Origin: Dipteris shenzhenensis
Taxonomy: Eukaryota
Reading direction: 5' to 3' (one strand)
Assembly: GCA_047967505.1 (NCBI GenBank)
Contig: CM106538.1
DNA length: 64,000 nucleotides
The notes under the pieces are model-generated. The model ran no database searches. It was not told the DNA's origin and saw only the letters and a program-made list of their open reading frames with translations. Positions within the stretch are counted from its first letter, which is position 1, and the number at the start of each line of letters is the position of its first letter. Below are positions 33,434 through 46,414 of this stretch, piece after piece. The position numbers and the translations under genes are program-made.

Positions 33434-36400
33434 TGTTACGCTCTAGCCGAGGTAGCATGACCTCGGAAGAATCAGTCGACATTTCCCTTATAGGATCTAT
33501 CTTTGTAATATATGTGTTTGCGCTTCATGTAAATGATCGGGAGGGATTTAATGTCAAGGTCCTAGGTGAGGGCTGATAGCACCAGACTAGATAGATCTAA
33601 GACCAAGGGCCTAGTGCTAAGATTGTGCCTAGGGGCAAGGAATTTAATGCATCCCAAGAGAGGGGTGAAATGTTGCATTAGGAAGGCCCTATATAGATGA
33701 CATGTGGCATCTAGATCTATCTAGGGATTTGGGGTTTGCTAAGGCTAGAGAGAGAAGAGAAGAGAATGATTCATGTAATTTTTGGTAACGTAGATCTCTG
33801 TCTCGCTTGTGAGCCTTAGCAAGAATTGCCTGGGAGGAGAATCATGGTGCTGCTCCCGTGATCTGCAGAGAGGCTAGAATAGGAGAGTTTGACAATTGGT
33901 ATCAGAGCCTTGTGGAGAGAGCAAGGGACGGGTGATGTACTGAAGAAGGCTACGAAGTGGAGCGTTGGTGGCGAATCACCCGACGGTGACCTCACGAGAC
34001 GTATAGCGTGGGATCGTCGAAGTACCTGTGTGCTGTGACGACGAACAGCGGGAGTCTGTGATAGAAGGCGCTCCCGTAAGGCAACTCGAAGGAACGCAAT
34101 CAAGAGAGCAGTAAACGAAAAGAGGACTGTTGACGAACCATAGCTGGAACTCGGAATTAGGCAAGTGAAAAGGCCGCACAATTATAGACCAGCGTCGAGG
34201 GAGATCCAACGCTGCTGACAATGTGCGTGATGATTGGCGCTCACGTGGAGCTGTGCTGACGACAAACGATTGGCGTGGAGAAGAGAGGGGATTCGTGGTC
34301 TACGATCAAACGGAAGACCTGAAGAGTAGATGGCGAATTCGAACGTGACGTGATACGTGGACTGTTCGTTCGACGTCGGTCTACACAATAGTAACAGTTG
34401 TCAACTACTTCCCTGGCGCATATGCAATCAGAGATTACGGATGACTATGAGGTCTTTCGACGTGGGCAGTCCGGGATCAATCGCAGAAGAATAGAAAGTC
34501 CAAGGAGCTGGAACGAGCAGCAGCAGCTCGTGAGCGGCGAGCAGGAGCAAACTGCTCAGGTGGGCCCGTAGTCAAGATTTGGCGCAGCGAGCACGAAGGC
34601 ATAGGGCCCACAGGCTTCGGGATATCTGGCTACCTCGACCCGTGCTAGTTTTCGATTCCTTCAGACAGATTTCGATCAGAGTTCATAGACCAGGGGGCTC
34701 TCTGTCACTTCTGTCAATGCTGCGTTTTCTTCTCTTGATTTAGTTTGGTGATGCTCCGCTTGCATAAGAGTTTACAGTCTACGATGCTATAGGGACAGAT
34801 CATGCCTATGCAGATGCCTGTATACTTCAGTCTGAGTTAATTTGTAGGAATTTTCCTAGTATAGGGAAAAGCGGGATTTGGATATATGCCTGTGTCAAGT
34901 GCGTAGTTAGTGTGCATGTCAGATTGCAGGTATTCCCTAGTATAGGGAATTGTATTAGAGTGTTAGTACCCTGAATCGTGTAAGCGTGTAATACAGTGTT
35001 CTAGCGGTGTTTATTTTAAAAAAAAAAAAAAAAAACCCCAAAACAAAACACCTATTGAACTGAATGGAAGCAGAAGAAGGGGCTTCCAGGAGGGACCCTG
35101 GTGAGTCAGGAGTCCGGCCGACCCACAGCAGGGATCGCGCCCAGTAGCTCACACTTTATCTGGCAGGATTGCATTGCTGGAGGATGCCTTGCAACAGTTG
35201 TTAGCGCAGCAATTACAAGCCAACGCAGGGCAATCTGAACTTAGGAGAGCGTTATAGAGTATGTCTGCCAGACCTTCTCGAGAGGAGAAGGGAAAGGCTC
35301 CAATGGAACTGGAGTCTAGTGTCCATACGGTCGAGCCTAGAAAGGCTAAAGTGCCAAATATTGCGAATTACAGACCGGAAAAGTATTCTGGTCAGATGAA
35401 CGACCGTAGCTCCGATGTCATTGAGACCTGGTTACACAAATGGGACGAGGCGTTCGCCATTTGTGAGATCAGAAATGACATCAAAAAGATCCGCGAGGCC
35501 ACCCACATGTTTAGTGAGGCAGCGGATCGGTGGTGGATTAAACAACAAAAAGATGGCATAGCATCCACTACCTGGGAGGGGTTTAAAAGAGAGTTCAGGA
35601 AACACTTCTTACCTCCTGACGAGGCATCCCGAGCTTGGGATCAATATAGGAACCTTCGTCAGAGAAATTTATCAGTGGCAGAATACATTGATAAGTTTCG
35701 AGAGAGTGTAATGAAGGTTGACGAACCCCTGCCTCAATCAATCCAAGTGAAAGATTTCATATTTGGATTGAATGATCGAATAAAAATGGAAGTTCGGGCT
35801 AAGTATGTGAACACTCTAGATGATGCAATAGCTATAGCCCTGAACTACGAGGATGCCAAGGGCAGCAAGCCAAGTGGGTTTGCACAGACCGGAACCCAGT
35901 ATGGGTATCCGAAGAAATCTGGGTTTAAGAAGAAGTGGGCTAGTAGAGGGAGTGGTTCACAGTCGAGTGGTCAAGCCAAGCAGGCGAGACCGGCTGAAAC
36001 TCCTAAACCAAGTACCACCATTGGAGTGAAGAGGAAAGTAACCCCAATGGCAGCCCGAGCTTGGTCTAAATCTCCCTTGAACCCAAAACAGCGGGAAAAA
36101 GCGAGGAGAGAAGGCTTATGCTTTGGTTGCCTTCAACCTCATCAGTGGAGAGATTGTCCACGTAATAAAGATCGTCGGATGGCTGAGATGGTGATCTCAG
36201 AGTGCGACGTGGAGATGCAAGGAAGTCCCAGAGCAGAAGAGATGCAGATTCAGCTAGCGGGATCTTCTCAGAGGTTAGTACCTTGTTTGTTCTGTGTGTC
36301 GGTTGCTAAGTTAGTGACGAGTGCACCTGATAACATCCTATCTAAGCCCGCAGCAACAGGGTATACAGCCCTCAATGATACGGAGTTAATTAAAATGAAA

Positions 36401-39400
36401 GGGCAAGTGGCCAGTCATGATGTCATTGTGTTGTTTGACTCAACGTCAACTCACAATGTGATTAACTCCAAGCTCGTGAAGAGGCTGAAATTAAAGACAA
36501 GTCCATCTGACTATGCATACACAGTCAGGATGGCAGATGGAAGTTCAACTGAAGTATGGGACCAAAGGGTTACCCAGTTGGAGCTTCGGATTCAGGACTA
36601 TGCTAAGAAGCTTGATTTTGAAATGACCAAGCTTGCTCATGTGGATATAGCCCTGGGAATGGCGTGGCATTCTAGGAAGAATCCAGCCATTGATTGGAAA
36701 AAGCACGTATATCAATTCAAGATGAATGATGTGCTTTATGTCTTGCGAGGCGAAAAAGATATACCTCAAGGACCATTGGTTTCCGTGATGGAAATCAGAA
36801 AGGCTCAAGTAGAGTTTTTGTACCTTTGCACAGCATCGGTAGAGTCGGTGAATGATTCTTCGACTAGCACTGATGTTACGCAAAGTGGTGAGATGGCCAA
36901 GCTGGCTAATCTTATAACAGAGGAGTTCTCTGAATGTTTAAGGGATGAACTACCTTATGGGTTACCTCCAGAGCGGAAAGTTCAGCATAAGATTGAACTG
37001 ATCCCGGGGGCAGAACCTGTAAATAGACCTCCCTATAGAATGAGTTTTACTGAAGGAGCGGAGGTGCGTAGGCAACTGGAAGAATACCTCAAGTTGGGGC
37101 AGATTCAACCAAGTTTCTCACCTTTTGCTTCGCCAGTGATATTAAAGAGGAAAAAGGATGATACGTTTCGCCTCTGTATAGATTCCTCTGTATAGATTAC
37201 AGAGCATTGAATAATATCACTGTTAAGCACAGGTATCCGATGGCTCGGATTGATGATTTGCTAGATGCATTACATGGAGCCGTGATTTTCAGTAAGATAG
37301 ATCTTAAGTGCGGCTATCATCAAATCCGGATTAGTAGAGCCGAGGATGTGCATAAAACCGCTTTCAGGAGCAGGTTTGGTCATTATGAGTTTTTGGTAAT
37401 GCCCTTCGGACTTACCAATGCTCCAGCGACCTTCGTCATGCTTATGAACGATTTACTACGTCCGTATATCGGAAAGTTCGTAGTACATTTCATTGACGAC
37501 ATCCTGATATTCAGTAAAAGTGTTACTGAACATCGTGAACACTTAAGGATAGTGTTCAGTACTTTGAGGAAAGCCAGTCTTTATGTGAATCTTTATGTGA
37601 ATAAAAAGAAAACTATGCTGTGTATGGTTAGGCTTGAATATTTAGGGTTCATAATTACTCCACAGGGGGTAGAAATGGATCCAAAGAAAGTGGCTGTGAT
37701 ACTAACTTGGCCAATCCCTCAGAGTCTGACCACGTGTTGCGATCATTCTTGGGATTTGTCTAGTTTTATAGAAGGCATATCAAAGGATATTCCGGAATAG
37801 TATCGCCATTGACTGATCTGACCTCAAATAAAGTACCTTTTGTTTGGGGACAGAATCAACAGGAAAGTTTTAACACCATAAAACAAGCTGTGGTCTCAGG
37901 ACCGGTGTTAAAAATAGTTGATCCCCAGAAACCGTTGTTCCTAGAAACCAATGCAAGCGGCATTGCGGTAGGAGCAGTCCTCCTTCAAGAGGGAAGGCCA
38001 GTAGCCTTTGAAAGCAAGAAGCTTTCTCCCTCTCAAAGGAATTGGCCAACTCATGAATTGGAGTTGTATGCAGTTATCCATGCTTTGAAAACATGGAGGC
38101 ATTACCTGTATGGTTCAGAGTTTTATGTGGATGTAGATCATGATACTCTGAAACATTTTTGTAAACAACCTGACTTGAGGGGCCGCCAAGCTAGGTGGGC
38201 AGAGCTCATGCAGGAGTTTAATCTAACGATTCGGTACCGAAGAGGAAAAGACAATAAGGTAGCTGATGCGTTGTCTCGCATTATGCACAACCTGAGTTTC
38301 ACGGTATTAGAGAGTGCTCTAATGACGGAGATCAGAGAAACTCAGAAGGTGGACGAGTTTGTCCAGAGCTTATGGCCTAAAGCTCATGTGTTAAAACCCG
38401 GGGAAAGTGAAAAGGATGACCTGGCATCCAAAAAAGGCCAAACTTATGCAAGATATACCATAAGGGATGGTATGCTAGTTAGAAATGGCAAGGTTGTAGT
38501 ACCTGGTCAGAATGATCTCAGGCAGAGAGTCATTCGACAATGCCATGATAGCCCGTGTGCAGGACATCCAGGAGTCGAGAAGACATATGATCTCGTGAAG
38601 CGAGATTTCTTTTGGCCAAAGATGAAAAAGCATATTCATGAGTATGTGACACGGTGTTTCTCGTGTCAAGTAAGTAAGGCCGAGCGGGTGAAGCCACCCG
38701 GACTTTTACAGCCCTTGGAAATACCACTAATTAAGTGGGAGAGCATTTCCATGGATTTTATTGTAGGGCTACCTGCAACACAAGGAGGATATAATTCTAT
38801 CCTTGTGGTGGTTGATCGTCTAACCAAGATGGCTCACTTCATTCCGACTAGAGAGTCTGTTAGTGCCCCGCAAGTGGCAGATTTGTTCATTAGACATATA
38901 TTTCGTCTGCATGGATTACCTAGATCCATAGTGTCAGACCGAGATGTCAGATTTACCGGTCATTTTTGGACAGCGGTATTTGAGACACTAAGGACTGAGT
39001 TGGGAATGAGTAGTGGGGATCATCCTGAGACGGATGGTCAGATGGAGAGAGTCAACCAGACTTTAGAGGATATGCTGAGGGCATATGTGTCATTGAGGCA
39101 ACATACATGGGACAAGTGGTTGCCATTGTTGGAGTTTGCCTACAATGATAGGAAACATTCATCTACTGGGTTCAGTCCGTTTGAGCTGAACTATGGTTAT
39201 AGACCAGCCAATCCGACTATAGTTGGAGTAACTCAGAAAGTGCCTAGTGCCGCGAACTTTGTAGTTCAGATGCGGGAGATGCTAGCACTTGCGAGAGCTA
39301 ATATCCGCCAGGCTATGGATAGAGCCAAGGTGTATGTGGATGAAAATCGGTCTATAAGAGTATTTGAAGAAGGAGAAAAAGTTTTTCACAGAATTCCTTC

Positions 39401-40201
39401 GCACTCGAAGTCGTTGACTTCAGGAGAGTGTGCTAAGTTATCAACTCGATACTGTGGGCCGGTTTTTCATGTTTCACGCTTAAAGAAATTTTTACATACA
39501 GGTGACTCACTAATCGAAGGTGTGGTTTTGTTTCAGGAGATAGAGGATATTGCAAGGCGCAAACCAACAAGAATCCTAGACCGAGGAATAATGCAAATAC
39601 GAAATCGAAAGATACCCATGGTGTTGGTTGCATGGCATGGTCAGCCTCTATCCGAAGCTACCTGGGAATCCGTATATTAGTTGCGGAGAGTGTTCCCAGA
39701 CTTTATCATCGAGGACGCTGATGTCTGAAGAGGGAAGGAATGTTACGCTCTAGCCGAGGTAGCATGACCTCGGAAGAATCAGTCGACATTTCCCTTATAG
39801 GATCTATCTTTGTAATATATGTGTTTGCGCTTCATGTAAATGATCGGGAGGGATTTAATGTCAAGGTCCTAGGTGAGGGCTGATAGCACCAGACTAGATA
39901 GATCTAAGACCAAGGGCCTAGTGCTAAGATTGTGCCTAGGGGCAAGGAATTTAATGCATCCCAAGAGAGGGGTGAAATGTTGCATTAGGAAGGCCCTATA
40001 TAGATGACATGTGGCATCTAGATCTATCTAGGGATTTGGGGTTTGCTAAGGCTAGAGAGAGAAGAGAAGAGAATGATTCATGTAATTTTTGGTAACGTAG
40101 ATCTCTGTCTCGCTTGTGAGCCTTAGCAAGAATTGCCTGGGAGGAGAATCATGGTGCTGCTCCTGTGATCTGCAGAGAGGCTAGAATAGGAGAGTTTGAC
40201 A
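33434..40201 (+). mobile_element. Full-length Ty3/gypsy chromovirus LTR retrotransposon; young, defective pol
   Basis: 461-bp LTRs 33434-33894 and 39741-40201 (TG..CA; only one difference seen); PBS TGGTATCAGAGC 33897-33908 (tRNA-iMet); PPT GAAGAGGGAAGGAA 39727-39740. Confidence 0.97.
35261..39728 (+). pseudogene. gag-pol (gag, Zn knuckle, protease, RT, RNase H, integrase, chromodomain) with frameshifts
   Basis: CFGCLQPHQWRDC; LFDSTS; MPFGLTNAPATF, FIDD; NKVADALSR; HDSPCAGHPG; WESISMDFI; VAWHGQPLSEATWE. A 14-bp duplication at ~37171-37198 and a frameshift near 37730 break the frame. Confidence 0.93.
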
Positions 40202-42090
40202 ATTAAGCATTCATACACATAAGCAAAGTGTAAACACATCCAAAAACTATAAGGGTCCCTGAGGGATGAGTTTCTTTGTTCCCTTGGACTTGTCATGTTC
40301 TTGACAAGTGTTGGAAGGGATCCTTTACATTGCCACATCCTGCAAATTCCATATCTACTTATACTATAATACTCTCCAAATGATTAATGTGGCTTAGTAG
40401 TCTATATCGTCTAATCATATGAGCCTCTAACTGATCATGGTCCTCATATTAACCATGGTTCAACTTACCATGGTTCTCATAGACCTCTACTGTAATAATA
40501 TCAAGGGGGTTCAAGGAAAGTATTCATGTGTGTGTGCGTAGCCCACCAAACCACACCCTACAGCAAGCCATCCATACCACCACACCAGGAGGGCAGTAGT
40601 CCCCCTTGTGTGTGGGTGGGCACTGTTTTCATACAATGATAGTGTAAATTAAATTCCGATTCTAGTTGTGCCAAAGAATTTGGCCTTAGAGGTCACAAAC
40701 GACGAAGTAGTATAGAAGGGTACAAGTGTAATGGGTCCACATTCCCATCGAAGCCATTTAGCTTGTTCATATGTGGTCGATGGATGTATGACATACTAAA
40801 ATAACATCTAGAGGGGGGTATACAAATCCAAGCATGGTGTTTACAATGTTAAAATATACCCAAAATAATAAATTTAAAAGCAACCCATCCGCCAAGAGGA
40901 TACCAAACAAGGAAGCATGCGAGTATGCTATAGTTAGGGTCTTTGTCACCCCATCCTACTCATAAGGGTGTGTGTTGCCTATTGTCATAGTACTACTAAC
41001 ATCCTGGTTAAGCACCCCAAGGCAATGTAATCATAATCTTCATTCTTCCATAAAATGCACAAGGATTGTTGAATTCATAATATCCATTTTCTAAAAGGTA
41101 TATATCCATCCACGTAAAAGCTTTATGGTTTCAAAGGTCATGGGACCCATTCTGAAGTGGTACATTCCTATTAGCTATCTAATTCATCAAAATAGTAATG
41201 TACAAAAAAATAGGTAAATATGTCATAGTGCTCCAATGCTAAGGGGTGGCAAAAGCATTCTAGTCTCATTTTGTGTCATCCATGCATTGAAGGTAAGCTG
41301 ACTCACCTGAGTATTCTCCTTGTGGGCTAGCTCCAAGTAAATCAATTCTTCCTTTTGTGATGATGTGGTCTCTTATGCTCCCTTCCCATATCTCCAATCT
41401 TAGGATTGGAGCATAGTGGGATCAATAATGAGAAAAATGTCCATTACGTAAAGCAAGAGTAAGAGCATAGCAACAAATTGAAAGCTCCAAGCTACTAAGT
41501 ACCTCTTGTGCCTTAGAGCTCACGTTAGACTTTTGCATGCTCCGTCAACCAAGCTGAGGAAAGTACATCATACACATCATATATAGAAGAGGAGTTTCAT
41601 GGTGCAAGGCAGATGATGGAGTGGATCATTTTGCGAAAACACTGCATATCGTTCTAGCTTCAAAACATTGAAGTGAAAGGAAACACTACAAAATGAATGG
41701 TGGCAATGACTACGAGTAGTAAATCCTTTTTTAAAGAGAAGGAACCTAGCTGGGACGGTGATCAGCACTCCTGCTCAGCTTTTAAATCACTCAGGCTCCT
41801 CGTGAAGGTAGCTCTTGGACTATGTGCAAGATCTCTTGAACTGTTGCAACTTGTGACCATAATTCTAGGCCTCCTTATTCTTGTCGTCCATTCCTTTCTC
41901 TCTCTAAACCTTTCAAGTTTCACCTCCTTTGTCTTGCAAAAGGAGTAATGGGAAATCTTGATAGATGGGTTGCCCTTTTGGAAGCTGTATCAATGTGTCA
42001 CTTATACATCAAAGTCATTAATATCATAGCCCTCTTTTCCCCACATGTGTGAAAAAATCTTACTCAAGCTACCTTCAACAAGGCCAGTTG

Positions 42091-42737
42091 TCCATCCTTT
42101 AATGCATGTAGTGCATATCCTTCTCTTTCCCAGCATGAAACATCAGTGATGGGCATGGTGGTCCAAAAGTAATAGGCCTTCATACTGTCTAGGGACATGG
42201 GGGTATATGCTCATCTTACTACATATACTTGTACTAAAGGATAGTCCATAGTAAAAATTTTATGCTAATCACATAATCTTAATGGTCATCATACCCTCCC
42301 AAATCCTAATAGTGAGAAGGCTAACAATCCATAGTAACAGAATTCCACCCAATGCATAGTTCTCATGGTCCCATGGCTCCCTATATTTCCATTATAAATC
42401 CATAAATGATGATATGTCAAGTTATTAGTCTAGGTCTAAGCCCAGTAAAGGCTAATCAAGCATAACATTTCTTCAACATCCTGGCAATAATGTTTACAAT
42501 GTTTATCAAAGTGTTGACAAATCCAAAGATACATGTCTCGTTTATTTTTCCAAATTCCTAATACTTCCCATGACCCTTTTAGAAAAGAGGAACCATGATT
42601 AATCAAAGGGTCTTAGAAGTAATACCAAAGCATTCGTACAAAGTAGTAAAGTGTAAACACATCCAAAAACTATAAGGGTCCCCGAGGGGATGAGTTTCTT
42701 TGTTCCCTTGGATTGTCATGTTCTTGACAAGTGTTGG
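42091..42737. repeat. ~650-bp direct repeat; paralog is 32872-33433 plus 40225-40314, split by the chromovirus
   Basis: ATCCTTTAATGCATGTAGTGCATAT...CATGTTCTTGACAAGTGTTGG is shared by both copies. Confidence 0.88.
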
Positions 42738-44039
42738 GAGGGTTGGAGCAAAGTAAGGTGTCCAAAATAGTTGTGTCCTGGCGGACACGAGTTATGAAAG
42801 CACAAAAGCAAAGGATATTTTTTTAGAGAAATTCTATTACATGCAACCAGAACGTGGGCATCTACTATAACTGCAAACCGTGTCAACGGGATACACCCAG
42901 TCTTTTCTCAGTTCTCCCGCAGTGTTTTTGTTTTTCTCACAATTTGAATGTGCTACAATCTTACATCTTATCTCTCTTGTTGTCTCTCTCTAATCCTCGA
43001 CATTAGTCTTCTATGCTTCTTGTCTGCACATCCTCTTCTCTGCCCAAGCACAATATGGAACCACCTGTTAATCTTCCCTACAACCATGGCCTCGTTGACG
43101 AGGTATGCATAGTTTCTAATATGTAATGTGGAAGATTTTACGGTATCTTACTCTCTCTCCCAGTCTTCTGCATCTATTCTTGCATGCACATCTGTAACTC
43201 ACATGGTTTATGGAACCTGGTAATATTCTAACGTATATTGTTCATTGCAATTAGAGCCAAGTTGTTAAAGATATCTCAAGAGAAATCATAGATTATATGA
43301 AAATATGAAGCTAACAAGAGACGGGAGCAAAGGAAAAGAAAACTAGCAGCACAAACCAATGACATTCAATGGACATTGAAGCAAAGAAGAAAGAGACTGC
43401 AGGCGAAATAGTCAATAATTTGTAGTTGTCACTTGATTTTGGTAGGGAAGACAGGTCAAAAATCATTCAATTAGTGATGAATGATGAATGCATTTTGAAA
43501 TGTCTTGGTGACCAACACGATAATTCTAAAGCTCTATCCGCATTAAAGAGGTCCTTACAAGAACTAAAGAATCCCAAATCAGACACAAAACTATTTGTTA
43601 AGCGAAGCATACAAACCATGGTAGTGGCATCATGAAATGAGGATGAAATTTCTATTCCAAGAGCTTCAAGAGTGCTGAACATACACCCTAGGAATTTATA
43701 CTCACCACTTAACAGGTTTTCAAATGATGAGGATGGAAGAAAGTTGTCTTTCGATCTTTGCAAATGAAAATCTTGTAATGATGTGTTGAGCTTTGAAGTA
43801 AGGGAACTCGTCATCAAATTTTGGATAGAACAAACAAGGGTAACACCAAACAAGAAGGACATTTGTCGTCATTGAATTGCAAAAAATGAAGATTAGAAGC
43901 ACCCAATACATTTCCTTGATAATTCTCAGGTAAGATTTGTTTCTATACATATTGTTTGCTGTGAGTTGTGGTTGTGTGCTCTATAGCAATTTTCAAAATG
44001 CTTCTTGGGAAGAAATGGTGCATTAATGTGTTATATGGA

Positions 44040-46140
44040 TAGCATGTATATAGGTCTGCTACATAGCAATAAAATGGGTTGTAAATAAATACTTCATAGC
44101 ATGCACAATCTACCACATAGCATGCATAGTGTGTTGTTTAGCATACTAGGGCACTATACAATCAGTGTACTATTCATAGCACAGACAACGTGAGGCACAT
44201 ATCATACCTGGTGTGTAAATGTCAAACATTATACATGGTGTGCTATATGCCATATCTATGTGTAATGAAATTGTCTGCTTTATAGCTGATTTCATTGTTT
44301 AAATAGCACAAACAGTGTGCTATATAGCATACATAGTTCCACATCTATGTGTACACTCAAATAGTGTGCTACATAGCATATTTTATGGGGTATATATCAC
44401 ATACAATGTGCTATATAGTAGACCTAATGTGCCACAACTATGTATACTACTAAAATTGTGTGCTATCTAACTGATTCCATGGTTTGAATAGCTCATTGTT
44501 TGCGCTCTATGGCATGAAAAGTTCCACAGCTTTATCTATGTGCTACATAGCATATTCTATGGGATGTATAGCACACACAATTTGCTATATAGAATACCTA
44601 GTGTGCCACGACTATGTATACTCAAACGATGTGCTATATAGTTGCTACTATGGTTGCATCTGTGGTTTGAATAGCATAAACAATGAGCTATATAGCATGC
44701 AAAGTTCCACATCTTTCTCTATGTGCTACATAGCATATTTTGTGGGGTGTATAGCACACACAATTATAGCACACACAATGTGCTATACAGCAGACCTGGT
44801 GTACCAACTATGTATACTATTAAAACTGTGTGATATATAGCTGATTATGTGGTTTGAATAGCTCATTGTTTGAGCTATATGGCATGAAAAGTTCCACAGC
44901 TTTGTTTGTGTACTAGATAGCATATTCTATGGGCTGTATAGCACAGACAATTTGCTATATAGCATACCTGGTGTGCCACGACTATGTATACTGAAACTAT
45001 GTGCTATATAGTTGGTATTGTGGTTTGAATAGCACAAACATTGAGCTATATAGCATGCAAAGTTCCACATGTTTGTCTATGTGCTACATAGCATATTGTG
45101 TGGGGTGTATAGCACACACAATGTGCTATATAGCAGACCTGGTGTGCCATGACTGTGTATACTATTATGTATGCTATATAGCTGATTTCATGGTTTTGAA
45201 TAGCTCATTGTTTGAGCTATATGGCATGAAAATCTCCACAACTTTGTCTGTGTACTACATAGCATATTCTGTGGGTTGTATAGCATACACAATTTGCTAT
45301 ATAGCATACCTAGTGTGCTAGGACTGTGTATACTCAAACTATGTGCTATATAGTTGCTACCATGGTTTGAATAGCACAAATAGTGAGCTATATAGGATGC
45401 AAAGTTTCACATATTTGTCTATGTACTATACATAGCATATTTTGTGGGCTGTATAGCACACATAATGTGTCATATAGTACATCTGGTGTGCCACGACTAT
45501 GTATACTCAAACTATGTGCTATATAGTTGATTCTGTGGGTTGGATAGAAGAAAAAGGGAGCTATATAGCATACAAAGTTCCACATCTTTGTCTATGTGCT
45601 ACATAGCACATTCTGTGGGCTGTATAGCACACAATGTGCAATATAGTATACCTCGTATGCCACAAGTATGTATACTCAAACTATCTACTATATAGCTACA
45701 CAGCGCATTCTGTCGGGTGTATAGCACACACAATGTGCTATATATCATTCATGGTGTGCCACGACTATATATACTGAAACTGTGACCTATATAGTTGATC
45801 CCATGCTTGGAATAGCACAAACTGTGAGCTATATAGCATGCATAGTTGCACATCTATGTCTGTGTGCTACATAGCATATTCTATTGGTTGTATAGCACAC
45901 ACAATGTGCTATATAGCATTCATGGTGTGCTACGTCTATATATACCCAAACTGTGTGCTATATAGTTGATCCCATGCTTGGAATAGCGTAAACGGTAAGC
46001 TATATAGCATGCATAGTTCCACATAGCATATATCCTGAAACTGTGTGCTATATAGTTGATTTCATGCTTGGAATAGCACAAACAGTGAGCTACATAGCAT
46101 GCATAGTTCCGCATTTTTGTATGTGTGCTACATAGCATAT
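44040..46140. repeat. Degenerate tandem satellite (~170-bp period) rich in the palindrome GCTATATAGC
   Basis: Recurring GTGCTATATAGC, GGTTTGAATAGC, AAAGTTCCACA and GTGTGCCACGACTATGTATAC blocks. Confidence 0.9.
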
Positions 46141-46414
46141 ATCATTACCCACTATCCTAAAGGCTTTGTCTCCTCTTCACTATGTTGGGCATCTTCATCT
46201 TTGTCTCCTCATTTGCCCTGTTGTCTATAGTCCCAATCCTCGTGGCACATGAAAAGAAACCCACAATCTAGCCACATTGGCAAATTGCGTGTGTTGTGTG
46301 CTAGCCTTTTATGAAATTGTAGATCTTTCCAAGTACACTTCGGTAGCCAGTGGAACAAGATCAAGAGGAAGAGAGGATAACAAAGAATATTACTATCTCC
46401 TAAGTGTATCATCG

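Noticed and set aside
44040-46140. CRISPR array, or the Cys/Tyr-rich ORFs here and at 58230-59985
   Set aside because: Degenerate satellite without unique spacers or cas genes in a eukaryotic context; the ORFs are repeat artefacts.
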